Shown: positions 24,050 through 36,054 of the stretch, piece after piece
How the letters are laid out: each line of letters starts with the position of its first letter
How positions within the stretch are numbered: position 1 is the stretch's first letter
Assembly (NCBI RefSeq): GCF_001194135.2
Contig: NC_068996.1
Location: 19,839,523-19,885,960 of the forward strand
Direction: 5' to 3'
Origin: Octopus bimaculoides
Lineage: Eukaryota
DNA: 46,438 nt
Notes under the pieces: generated by a model
Database searches by the model: none
The model's input: the letters and a program-made list of their open reading frames with translations, nothing else
What the model was told of the DNA's origin: nothing
Position numbers and translations under genes: made by a program

Positions 24050-24480
24050 ACTTCATAATTTATTCAATAGGGAAAACATTTGACAAGAAAAATATATGTA
24101 AAAAAGTTCCCTTAATCACTTCTATAATAATTTATATTCGTTGTATAATAGCCACAGAATCCATGACTACAATGCAATATGAAGATAACTGTAATATCGG
24201 AATAAGACTGCAGACAGAATAAGAATAAGACGGAATAAGACTGTTTTTCATCGGTATAACAGAAAACACATTCAAACACATTTAAAAGTCGACTATTCCA
24301 CAGTATACACTTTGTAAAAAATTGTCATAAAGGAACCACTGCAATGTTCTCAAAGTACATTTGGCAAAAAAAGAATAATTGATTCTATCGATATTACAGA
24401 GCCTATTGTAGACAGAGTAATAAGTGAAACTGCAAATACTAATTGCGAACAGAAAAACCAAGCTCACGCAGGTTGCCAAA
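24050..24480 (+). mobile_element. Possible Penelope-like GIY-YIG endonuclease relic
   Basis: FIGITENTFKH (cf. YIG.T...FK.R), FSKYIW (cf. LSKYIW), upstream CN..KT; heavily decayed. Confidence 0.45.
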
Positions 24481-24959
24481 TACGGTATATTTTAATATGT
24501 TTAAATAGCATGTGACACAAAAAGTGTGGGGAAGCATAACCTATCTCATGGTACTCAAACATCTAATAGGTTTATTCAGGGAGTACAAGTATGCGTTATT
24601 TTATTGTCCTTACTGTCGCGAAACCGTTATATCGGAATAGACGCAGACTAAACTCACACGTACACACACGTACACACACATACACACATATACACACACA
24701 TGCAAACACAAACACACAAACTAACGCGCACACAAGAACACGTATATATATAATAAATGTGTGTGTGTCTATATATTTATATATGTGTGTGTATGTATGT
24801 ATGTATGTATAATAGAAATATGTTTCAAAAGGAAAATAGAAACTATACGTGGAAGAGATATTGGGAAAGTAAGAAGAAAAAATCAAAAATGCACATTGGA
24901 TAAAAAAATATATATATAAAGGATTTTTTAATGAAAAGTAACGATAAATATATACAATT

Positions 24960-26451
24960 AGATGAGGAGGGGAAAACTATTCCAGGCTACAAGGTCTCAA
25001 AAAGAACGTGTGATCATTCTGTTGAGAGGTAATTGTGCAGGAGATTTTAAGTTAAAGCCATTACTTGTGTATCATGCACACAACCACCGTGTCCTGAAAA
25101 ACATACTCAAGGCATTTCTCCCTGTTATATGGATGGCTAACTCAAAAGCATGGGTTACTGTTGTTGTTTTTGAAGATTGGGTCTTCAGTCATTTCATCCC
25201 AGCAGCAGAGAAGTACTGTCAGGAGAAGGGAATTTCTTTTAAGGTTTTACTTATCTTAGATAATGCTCCTGGTCACACACAATACATCGTAGATTTTAAC
25301 CCCCAACACCACGTCTCTTCTCTAGCCAATGGATAAGGGAATAATTAATATCTTCAAGCGATACTGTATGAAGTGTACGTTGCAGCAGGCAATAGCTGCA
25401 ACTGATTTTGATGAGTCCATCACACTTCATGACTTTTGGAAAAGATACGATATCTGCAAGGCTGTACAGAACATAGCACTGGCATGGAATGGTGTACAGA
25501 GCACAGCTATGAACGGTGTATGGAAGAAGCTATGCTCGCAATTCGTGAATGATTTTAAGGGGTTTGATAATGTTGGCATCAACAAAACTTTGGGGACTTC
25601 GAGCAAAGAAGTGAAAATAGATTTGGAGGAGGAGGATTTCACAGATTTATTTGAAAAAGACAAGCAGCTCTTAACAAACGAGGATTTGATAGAGCTTCAC
25701 GAGCAGCAAAGTAAAGAAGTGGAAGTCGAACCTGAGCCACGTCACTTTACCATTAAGAAAATGCAGCATGCATTTGCATATATCGAAAAAGGTCTTTCTA
25801 TGTTTGGGGATTTGGGTCCAAATTCTCAACGCTTTTCCAAGATTATGGAAGCTTGTCACGAAGCTTTTGATCCTTATAGTGTAATCTTTGAGGAAAAGAA
25901 AACAGTTCAAGGAAATCTCAACCTGTCTTTTAAGCGCATCGAACAACAAGAACAGCCAGAGTCAGCTGTTGATGTTGACGATCCAGTCATCTACATCCGC
26001 GATGTAAACCACTAAATTTTATATACATGTAGGTAAATTTTAAATGATTTATTTTTTTACAATTGCAAAATAATAATAATGATTACTGAATTTGATTTTA
26101 AGCTTAAAAAAGGCATTTATTTTACCATGTCTTATTGCAAGCTGCATTCATAAATAAAGCGTCCGCGATGTACGATAAACACCGCCAAATTGTATTCGTA
26201 AATTTAGATTACTTTCTTTTTAACTGTACTGTATTAAAAAATAAACATTATTTGTTTGTAACCTTAAAATAGGTTTTTATTAACCATGTATTATAGAAAA
26301 TGCATTCATAAATAAAGTACAGAAATGGGAATGGTTATTATCGGTTTAGCCTAGAGACAAGTAAATTCAGCCTAGCCTAGAGACAAGTTAATTTGACTTA
26401 AGTCGTGTCTCCTGGAACAAATTAACCACACAGGGTAAGGGTAAGACACTG
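24960..26451 (+). mobile_element. pogo/Tigger-family DNA transposon, defective DDE_1 transposase plus probable right end
   Basis: GDFKLKPLLVY, NSKAWVT..FEDW, KVLLILDNAPGH, NTTSLL..MDKGII; frameshift and deletion near 25290-25330; gacttaagtcg..ggaacaaattaacc..acactg terminus. Confidence 0.88.
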
Positions 26452-26990
26452 GGATCCAAGTGCAGGAAATTTGTAGGCTTCAAGCAGTCTGTGGCAGGTG
26501 CTAAACAAAAGTGGATAGTGTATGATCAAGAACAATAATAATTCATTGACATCGAAGATTACAAAGTTTTTTCCCATACGGAAGTTAGGAGGAAATTCGA
26601 TAAGCTGAAACTTTCTATGTAGCTCACTGTAAGAAACTAGAGGTGCTACAAATGCGAATAAAAACTCAAATCGAGTGAGTGGAACGGGTAAAAATGCAGG
26701 CTACATATGTTTCTTAACTAACTGATCCTCTGATGTAATAATTACTCAATGAGGGTTACTCAACACAGCTAATCACTATGCCGAGAATACCATAATTAAA
26801 TGAATATTACATCGTCGCTTAGAATTTCAAACTTAACTCACCGAAGATGTGAGTTGAAATGAATAGTGAAGCCCGAAGCGCAGAATATACAAAAAAAGAA
26901 AAAGTTTCAAGAAATAATTATTACATAAGAGGACCAGTTAACCAAGAAACATGCAGACTGCAGTTTACCCGTTCCAATCCTTCAATTTGG

Positions 26991-27056
<66 letters not shown>

Positions 27057-27581
27057 TACAATGTAAGTATACAAATAAACATTGTTAGGTACACAGGCAT
27101 TTAAAAATATACAGATATCAACGTGTGTACTATCTACGTCTATCAGTTTGTCTTTCCGTACCTACGTATCTATAATCTACGTACGTACTAAAATGTTTTC
27201 GCACATAATATCATTTAATAAATTTATAGAAAGTTAGATTTCTCACATGCATAAACGATACAATAAGACATGTGCATACGTACTGATATAAAACATAACC
27301 ACATACATACTGACATATGCAAACACGACTAAAATAAATATAGTAACATATTCAGTAGTAAAAAAAATCCACAATTGTACTTGTGGATTTACATGTTAGC
27401 ATGTGTGCATACATTTTGCGCTTTTCCTACATAATTAAGATTATTTTAACTCTTATTTCTCACAATGTAGGTGCTTCAGTTTCCTTACTCACACTTAATG
27501 CCGATCGAATTTGTCCTTTATGGTATCACATTCCGCCTGGCTGTTTATATTAATTTTTAGTGTGTTGCACTAAAACTTTAA

Positions 27582-27890
27582 CAGAGACAGGTACATCATC
27601 AAAGTTTTTTTTTTTTAATTTAACAGTTAATCGTACAGTATAATTATTTGGTTATAATGACCGACACGTCTTTCTGCTGTACAGATTTGTAAATGCAGTT
27701 GCACATGCAACCCAGCATATCCTTCTGTGCACCTTTATTCTGGGTCCTTCAGCAAACGTGGTTCGAAGCGATAAAATTGGTACAGCTATTCCGTTTAGAA
27801 CAGAAGGAAAAAGATGTGATTTTTGCATGGAAAAAATGTACTGTAAAATTAAAAAAACAAAAACAAACTTTGATGATGTATCTGTTTCCG
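27582..27890. mobile_element. MITE-like element with ~45-bp TIRs
   Basis: 27587-27627 acaggtacatcatcaaagttt..aatttaacagt vs reverse complement of 27840-27885 acagatacatcatcaaagtttg..aattttacagt; TA at 27579-80 and 27891-92. Confidence 0.75.
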
Positions 27891-28775
27891 TATTCTTTTT
27901 AATTGTTTGATATATACGATGGGGTTTGATATATATGTAGTTTTACATATTTAAACTTTGATTGCATTCATAGTATTCTCCATCGGAAGCAATGCATTGG
28001 CACAAACGCGTTTTCCACTCTCGGAAGCAGTGCTGGAACTCATGCGCTTTTTAGCGCTGCCGTCATTTTTTCTTCACCTCTTCCACATAAATTACTAAAC
28101 ATTAGACTTGAACGGGCCTTGAAATGTTTACACATGCATGAGAAAACTTTTAAGCATTTTCATGTAGATATCGGTTAAGTTGATATCCTATACACAAGGG
28201 TGAGGTGCAGAATAATGAATGTATAAGTCGTGACAGTATGGATTTCATAAAAAAAAGTTCTTTTCATAATCATATGAATCTCTATGTGTAGAAACAAATT
28301 TGCATAATTTTTCTGAAAATTCCAAGCACTAAAATGTCAGAGGGGTTATATGGGGTACTTAAACCAGAATTCCGCCCATCGTTCTTTGTAAGAATGTAAC
28401 TGGTGCAACGTTAGCTAGATTTGGCTATGATTTATAGCAGGTTAACGTAGCATATTAACTATTCTTTAGCTATTATACCATTAGCGGTTACAACTATACT
28501 TAAAAAAGATGTCGGTTTGTCAAGCTGAATAACATTCATATGTGCTTAGGAGCTATGTCAACTGAAAAATATGTTAGTTTTATACTGCGTAAACATATAG
28601 GTAAGTATGCTATTAAATATAACAGCAATATGTAAAAATAATGTATATACACACAGCTGTCTGTCTGTCAGCCTGTCTGTCTGCGTGTCTCTCTCCCTCC
28701 CCCTCTCTCTCTATATATATATAAATATATGTTTGTATATGTATATATATATTGTATATATATATATATATGTGC

Positions 28776-28806
<31 letters not shown>

Positions 28807-28815
28807 TGTGTGTGT

Positions 28816-28850
<35 letters not shown>

Positions 28851-29169
28851 NNNNNNNNNNNNNNNNNNNNNNNNNNNNNNNNNNNNNNNNNNNNNNNNNN
28901 NNNNNNNNNNNNNNNNNNNNNNNNNNNNNNNNNNNNNNNNNNNNNNNNNNNNNNNNNNNNNNNNNNNNNNNNNNNNNNNNNNNNNNNNNNNNNNNNNNNN
29001 NNNNNNNNNNNNNNNNNNNNNNNNNNNNNNNNNNNNNNNNNNNNNNNNNNNNNNNNNNNNNNNNNNNNNNNNNNNNNNNNNNNNNNNNNNNNNNNNNNNN
29101 NNNNNNNNNNNNNNNNNNNNNNCACACACACACACACACACACACGCACACACACGCACATAAATATAT

Positions 29170-29375
29170 GACAGGCTTGTTTCAGTTTCTCTCTGCCAAA
29201 TCCACTCACTAGCATCTTTTCGGCTCGAGGTTATAAAAGAAGATACTTGCCCAACACAGTGGTTAAGAAGCAAAATTTCTTGCCACGCAGCCACACCTGC
29301 ACCTATAGACTATAGTAGAAGATATTTGATCAAGATGCTACGCAGTGGGACTGAACCTGGAGCCATGTGGTTGAG
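29170..29375 (-). mobile_element. Two SINE S1 5'-half fragments
   Basis: gacaggctt..ttcagtttc..aaatccactcac..agaagatacttgccc..cagtgggactgaacctgg. Confidence 0.75.
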
Positions 29376-29477
29376 GTATTTATGAAAATGTATATATTTT
29401 GTCCAATATGAAATTTCTGTGCACTTTCCTTCGTTTTATATTTTTCACTAAAATTCACGATGTGACAATTGTTTCTT

Positions 29478-29730
29478 GAACATTTTCACTTACAGGAAAT
29501 TGGGTATTATTCATTCACCATTACACATGTTTCATTTGCTAATAGGAATTACAAAATTATAAATATCGGATAAACATGTAATTTCTTCTGAGTGAGAATC
29601 AAATAATAAAAAAATTGTATAATAATAAATTTCTTAAATGTTTATCCGACGTATGCAATTTTCTAATTCCTATTAGCAAATGCATGTGTAACGGTGAAAA
29701 AATAGTACCAATTTGTGTATAACAATGTTT
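29478..29730. mobile_element. Fold-back/MITE-like element: ~62-bp core arms extending to ~100 bp
   Basis: 29514-29577 vs reverse complement of 29638-29698 share ttcacc.ttacacatg..catttgctaataggaatta.aaaatt..tcggataaacat. Confidence 0.88.
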
Positions 29731-29767
29731 TCATGTATGTATGCGTGTATATATAAATATTCCTTTA

Positions 29768-29962
29768 TTCTTTTATTTGTTTCAGTAATTTGAGTGCAGC
29801 CCCTAGTCGAACAAATCGACCCATAGGACTTATTTTTATAAGCCTAGTAGTTATTCTATCGGACCCTTTTGTCGAATCGCAAGGTCACGGGGTCATAAAC
29901 ACACCTACATCGGTTGTCAAGCGATGGTGGGAGGACAAGCACAGACACACAAAAATACATAC

Positions 29963-30003
<41 letters not shown>
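29768..30003 (-). mobile_element. SINE S1 3' half ending in its internal (TG)n
   Basis: tagtcgaacaaatcgacc..ggacttatt..catcggttgtcaagcgatggtgg..gacaagcacagacacac. Confidence 0.85.
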
Positions 30004-30005
<2 letters not shown>

Positions 30006-30006
<1 letters not shown>

Positions 30007-31079
30007 TAGGTTGGCAACTAAGTTCCCGCGGTTTTTTTAATTTAAAATTTTTAAAAGGTTTAATAAAAAATAACAACTAATTAATCAATAATGTATTCAC
30101 CCTTGTTGTTTACAACTTCCCAACGTTCAACAAGATTTTCAATACCTCGCTGGTAGAAATCATCCGATTTCGACTAGAAAAATTGATCCAACCAAGCTCT
30201 CAATTCTGCATCAGTTTTGAACAAAACTCCATGCATGGCATTTGAAAGAGATCGAAAGAGGTGGAAATCCATTGGTGCTAAATCAGGAGAGTACGGCGGG
30301 TGTGGCAGCACTTCCCAGCCATGCGTTTGAATGGCTTCCTTGGTCAAATTGGCGATATGAAGGCGGGCGTTGTCGTGCAGCAGAAGAACTCTTGTTTCAC
30401 GCGCGGCGTCACTTGTTTACCGAGACTAAGCCATTCCTTACGCTGTTTCATATTGATGTACATGCACCATTTTGTCGCCAGAAACGATTCGGTAAAGAAA
30501 TCGTTGCTTGTGTCCATGAGTTGAGCGGTGACGAGCAAGGAAACCAGCGGAGATTGTGGCTCGTTAATTTTTGTTGTTGTCACTTAAAGCATGCTCCATA
30601 CTTCTGAACCTTTCCCATCGAGTGAGGATGCTTCTTTATAGCAGTGTGGGAGCAATTTATTTTCTCTGCCAGTTCCCTTGTCGTTTGACGAGAATTTTCG
30701 TGCAAAAGTTGGTTTAATCGCTCTTCGCCGAACTCAACTGGACGGCCAGAACGAGGTGCGTATTTGAGGTCAAAATTTTCATTTTTGAGCTTGGCTTACC
30801 AATCACGAGTGGTTCTTTCAGCTATGGCACCATCTCCATACACAGCACAAATGTCGCGAGCAGCTTTTGCGGCCTTAGAACCTTGATTAAAAGCAAAAAG
30901 AAGGAGGTATCGAACGAAAAGGCTCATTTTTCTTAACTTGACATTCCATTTTAATGATTTGAAAATAAACAAAAATTAAATAAAATTAATTAGAAAAAAC
31001 AAATAGATTCCAAAATGATTCAAAAATAGAATTCTCGAAAAAATAAATTCCAAAACTTTAAAAAAAAAGGTGGGAACTT
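30006..31079 (-). mobile_element. mariner (DD34D) DNA transposon with internal deletion; CDS relic about 30081-30949
   Basis: TA|ttaggttggcaactaagttcccgcgg TIR, partial partner at 31062-31079; MECQVKKNE.., PRSGRP, SGD.KW, LLHDNARLH..HPPYSPDLAPMDFHLF with 34 residues between the two D. Confidence 0.95.
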
Positions 31080-31718
31080 NNNNNNNNNNNNNNNNNNNNN
31101 NNNNNNNNNNNNNNNNNNNNNNNNNNNNNNNNNNNNNNNNNNNNNNNNNNNNNNNNNNNNNNNNNNNNNNNNNNNNNNNNNNNNNNNNNNNNNNNNNNNN
31201 NNNNNNNNNNNNNNNNNNNNNNNNNNNNNNNNNNNNNNNNNNNNNNNNNNNNNNNNNNNNNNNNNNNNNNNNNNNNNNNNNNNNNNNNNNNNNNNNNNNN
31301 NNNNNNNNNNNNNNNNNNNNNNNNNNNNNNNNNNNNNNNNNNNNNNNNNNNNNNNNNNNNNNNNNNNNNNNNNNNNNNNNNNNNNNNNNNNNNNNNNNNN
31401 NNNNNNNNNNNNNNNNNNNNNNNNNNNNNNNNNNNNNNNNNNNNNNNNNNNNNNNNNNNNNNNNNNNNNNNNNNNNNNNNNNNNNNNNNNNNNNNNNNNN
31501 NNNNNNNNNNNNNNNNNNNNNNNNNNNNNNNNNNNNNNNNNNNNNNNNNNNNNNNNNNNNNNNNNNNNNNNNNNNNNNNNNNNNNNNNNNNNNNNNNNNN
31601 NNNNNNNNNNNNNNNNNNNNNNNNNNNNNNNNNNNNNNNNNNNNNNNNNNNNNNNNNNNNNNNNNNNNNNNNNNNNNNNNNNNNNNNNNNNNNNNNNNNN
31701 NNNNNNNNNNNNNNNNNN

Positions 31719-32016
31719 TTGACACTGTGTGGTGACCACAACTGAGAGCAATAGTCTAGGCCGCTCAGAACAAATGTCTTCCATAGAGTCAACATGACTT
31801 CTTGATCCCTTGTTCGGAATGTCCTCAGTATCCACCCTACCAGTTGTCTGCACTTTGCTGTCAACTTGACAATGTGCATATGAAATGATGCATCACTACA
31901 CATGCTGATGCCCAGGTCTCTCACTGTTTGTGGTTCTGGGATTGCAGTACCTCCAAGTCCTGTGTATGCCAGTTGGGGGGGGGGGACTTGTGGCCTTGTA
32001 GCGCAGTACTTGAAAT
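31719..32016 (-). mobile_element. CR1-clade LINE fragment (RT C-terminal region)
   Basis: VRDLGISM..FHMHIVKLTAKCRQLVGWILRTFRTRDQEVMLTLWKTFVLSGLDYCSQLWSP. Confidence 0.9.
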
Positions 32017-32220
32017 TATATATATACGACGGTCTTCTTTCAGTGCCAGATTCACTCACAAGATTTTGGCCAGCCCGAGGCTACAGTAGAGCCACAGTGG
32101 GACTGAACCCGAAATCATGTCGGTGGGAAGGTAGCTTCTTACCACACAGCCACGTAGAGGGGGCTGAACCCAGAACCATTTGGTTAGGAAGCAAGCTTCT
32201 TACCATACAGCCACGCTAGT
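32017..32220 (-). mobile_element. SINE S1 5' half plus an extra head fragment
   Basis: tatatacgacggtcttctttcagt..cagtgggactgaaccc..ttaccacacagccac; second head at 32160-32215. Confidence 0.85.
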
Positions 32221-32388
32221 GCCTACATATATGTCATTGAATGTTCGAAATAGGGAGTAGATAGACAGTCGACAACTGATGAAGGGTCCCTTCTCTCTGT
32301 TTACTTGTCCTGTTTTCAATTTTTCCTCGTTGTTCACATATTTCATGATATTTTCACCATTGGTGACGTCCTGTACCTTTATATGCAC

Positions 32389-32441
<53 letters not shown>

Positions 32442-32524
32442 CACATACACAAATAAGTATGTGTATAGATATAGGTACGATCTTCTATCTCTCATTATAC
32501 ACGTGCATATCATTTATCTTTTAC

Positions 32525-32797
32525 TTGCTTCAATCATTACAATGCAGCCATGCTGAACCGCTATGATTACGGGTACGTAAGCATTAACACCGGTTGTCAA
32601 GCGGTAATGGAGGGCCAAACACAGACATACAGACACACACACATGGATATATATACATATATATGTGACGGTCTTCTTTCAGTTTCCGTCCAACAAATCC
32701 GCTTAGAATGCTCTAATATAAGACACTTGTGAAAAGTGCTACGCAACGGAACTGAGCCCGGAAGCAAGCTTTTTACCAGTCAGCCACGTCTACACCT
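32525..32797 (-). mobile_element. SINE S1 copy with internal deletions
   Basis: gaaccgcta..ccggttgtcaagcgg..gacggtcttctttcagtttccgtc..cagccac. Confidence 0.8.
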
Positions 32798-33350
32798 ATA
32801 TATATATGAGCAGTTAGCAATTCAAACCTAAAGCCAAATTTATAAAGGATACAAAATAGTACGAACATTGCTAGAAACAAGAGTCAAAAACGACTCATAA
32901 AGTCACAAAAAGCACTAACTGTATAAGTTGACGAAAGAGAGGAATCGAGAAAGCTCGTTACCGTAGTGATACAAGCTCACAAAAGAAGAGGCAGTGTCTC
33001 TGATTATGATTACCGGTGTAAATACCGGTGTTGTATTAAAAATGCACCAATAAAAAATATATGCACATGTATCAAGACAATATATTTGTCTATATCGTCC
33101 CCTTTCTCCCCATCTCTCTTGCTATCTGTCGTTTATAACTTACATACATACATGCGTAGACATATGCATATACATATGGATGCAAGTATGTATGCACATA
33201 TAATATATATGCATTTGTGTTATGATTGTGTGTGCGTGACTATGTGTGATTTTGACAGAATGACTTGTAAATGAAGTATTTAAACTTGGCCACGTCACTA
33301 TTTATACAGTTGACTGAGACAGTACGGCGACAATACACACACACATACAA

Positions 33351-33453
<103 letters not shown>

Positions 33454-34353
33454 NNNNNNNNNNNNNNNNNNNNNNNNNNNNNNNNNNNNNNNNNNNNNNN
33501 NNNNNNNNNNNNNNNNNNNNNNNNNNNNNNNNNNNNNNNNNNNNNNNNNNNNNNNNNNNNNNNNNNNNNNNNNNNNNNNNNNNNNNNNNNNNNNNNNNNN
33601 NNNNNNNNNNNNNNNNNNNNNNNNNNNNNNNNNNNNNNNNNNNNNNNNNNNNNNNNNNNNNNNNNNNNNNNNNNNNNNNNNNNNNNNNNNNNNNNNNNNN
33701 NNNNNNNNNNNNNNNNNNNNNNNNNNNNNNNNNNNNNNNNNNNNNNNNNNNNNNNNNNNNNNNNNNNNNNNNNNNNNNNNNNNNNNNNNNNNNNNNNNNN
33801 NNNNNNNNNNNNNNNNNNNNNNNNNNNNNNNNNNNNNNNNNNNNNNNNNNNNNNNNNNNNNNNNNNNNNNNNNNNNNNNNNNNNNNNNNNNNNNNNNNNN
33901 NNNNNNNNNNNNNNNNNNNNNNNNNNNNNNNNNNNNNNNNNNNNNNNNNNNNNNNNNNNNNNNNNNNNNNNNNNNNNNNNNNNNNNNNNNNNNNNNNNNN
34001 NNNNNNNNNNNNNNNNNNNNNNNNNNNNNNNNNNNNNNNNNNNNNNNNNNNNNNNNNNNNNNNNNNNNNNNNNNNNNNNNNNNNNNNNNNNNNNNNNNNN
34101 NNNNNNNNNNNNNNNNNNNNNNNNNNNNNNNNNNNNNNNNNNNNNNNNNNNNNNNNNNNNNNNNNNNNNNNNNNNNNNNNNNNNNNNNNNNNNNNNNNNN
34201 NNNNNNNNNNNNNNNNNNNNNNNNNNNNNNNNNNNNNNNNNNNNNNNNNNNNNNNNNNNNNNNNNNNNNNNNNNNNNNNNNNNNNNNNNNNNNNNNNNNN
34301 NNNNNNNNNNNNNNNNNNNNNNNNNNNNNNNNNNNNNNNNACACACACACACT

Positions 34354-34385
<32 letters not shown>

Positions 34386-34580
34386 ACACACACATACACA
34401 CTCACGCAAACATGAGTAAGCACTTAGACGCAAAACATGATGAAAAAAATAGTACTCGAATACCGAAGGTGGAGAAATATGATGTTATTACAGATGAAAA
34501 ATTCTTCACAAGTAGATACTCCCAGTTTCACGTAACCGTTCGACAGATAGTTGTGGTTAATCGGTGTAATCACAACTGTC

Positions 34581-34788
34581 AAGGCGGTGAGGTGGCAGAA
34601 CCATTTGCATGTTTAGCGGCACCAAATTCGTCTTTACGTTCTCAGTTCAAATTTCCCAATATCTACTTTGCCTTTCATCCTTTCGGGGTCGATTAGATGA
34701 GTACCAGTCGATCAATGGGGTCGATGCAATCAACTTTCACCCTACACCCGAAATTGCTGGCCTTGTGTCAAAATTTGAAATCAATATG
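34581..34788 (+). mobile_element. SINE S2 copy
   Basis: aaggcggtgaggtggcagaa..agttcaaatt..actttgcctttcatcctttcggggtcga..gagtaccag..ggggtcgatgcaatc. Confidence 0.88.
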
Positions 34789-35339
34789 ATCACAACCGTC
34801 CGACGAACGGTAACATAAAACTCTGAATCAGAGTTAGTGAAGATTTTTTAAACTTTAATAAAAATAGATCTGTTGTTCTCACGTTGTTGTTTTTTGTTAT
34901 TGTTTTTTGTCTTTTTTCCTTTTTTTTAACTATATATATATATATATATAGATATAGATATATATATATGTATGTATGTGTACACATATATATACATATA
35001 TATATATGAGCATATATGTTTGTGCGTTTGTGCGTGTTTGTTTATGTATGAATGTACATGCTGAATTGACAGGACATACATACCTTTACATATGTGTATA
35101 TGCATAATTGTATTTCGATCAATTAGTATATATATATATGTTTGTGTTTACTGTGTATATATAAACTAGCGTGAATCAACGTCTGCATGCTAAATATGAA
35201 ATCATGCATTATAAAAAAAAAAAACAATATTCAAGTATATAGTGGTACATAGGGAATTGCTCACAACAACATACACTCAGACACGAATATAAATATCACT
35301 ATTTAAGTGAATATTTGTGAGTATATATCTTTTATTTTT

Positions 35340-35505
35340 TATCTTTTACTTTTTTCAGTCATTACACTGCGACCATGCTGGGGTACCGCCATGAAGAATT
35401 TTTAGTCGGAGTCGGCCATAATACTTATTCAATTTTAAAACCGGACACTTATTACATTGTTCTTTTTGGCCGAACTGCTAAGTTACGGGTACGTAACTCA
35501 AGATA
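35340..35505 (-). mobile_element. SINE S1 3' half
   Basis: ttcagtcatt..ccatgctgggg..ttagtcg..gccgaactgctaagttacggg. Confidence 0.75.
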
Positions 35506-35524
35506 TGTGCGCATGTGTATTCAT

Positions 35525-35559
<35 letters not shown>

Positions 35560-35625
35560 TATCTTCATCGTTTAACGATGATGATGAAAATTTCCCTCAT
35601 ATATTTATATCTATATATATATATC

Positions 35626-35664
<39 letters not shown>

Positions 35665-35667
<3 letters not shown>

Positions 35668-35880
35668 TTTGTGTCTGTGTTTGACTACCAATATTGGTGT
35701 GTTTACGTCACAGTAATTTAGCGGTTCAGCCAAAGATACCAATAGCGTAAGCACTAGGGTTTTAAAAAAAATAAGTCCTAGGGTGGATTTGTTTGACTAA
35801 AACCCTTCAAGGCAGTGCTCTAGCACGGCTGCCGTCAAATGACTGAAACAATTTGAAGAATAAAAGAATAAAAGAATACA
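35665..35880 (+). mobile_element. SINE S1 3' half
   Basis: gtttacgtc..ttagcggttc..aataagtcct..tttgactaa..caaatgactgaaac..(gaataaaa)n tail. Confidence 0.82.
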
Positions 35881-36002
35881 TACACATGCACACATATACA
35901 CACATATTTGTGTGCATATTTTAAAAGATCAATGTATATACATATCATGTATTAATTGTATATTTGAATAAATGTACATATGCAGTCATACACATGTACA
36001 AC

Positions 36003-36054
<52 letters not shown>

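Noticed and set aside
24962-26015. Domesticated TIGD/CENP-B-like gene
   Set aside because: Frameshift plus deletion in the catalytic region, missing N-terminal DNA-binding part, and a TIR-like remnant indicate a dead transposon.
27365-27390. 10-bp perfect hairpin aaatccacaa/ttgtggattt
   Set aside because: Short and AT-rich; expected by chance in 46 kb.
30081-30949. SETMAR-like or functional mariner gene
   Set aside because: Stops, frameshifts, a large internal deletion, no SET domain, and TIRs are present.
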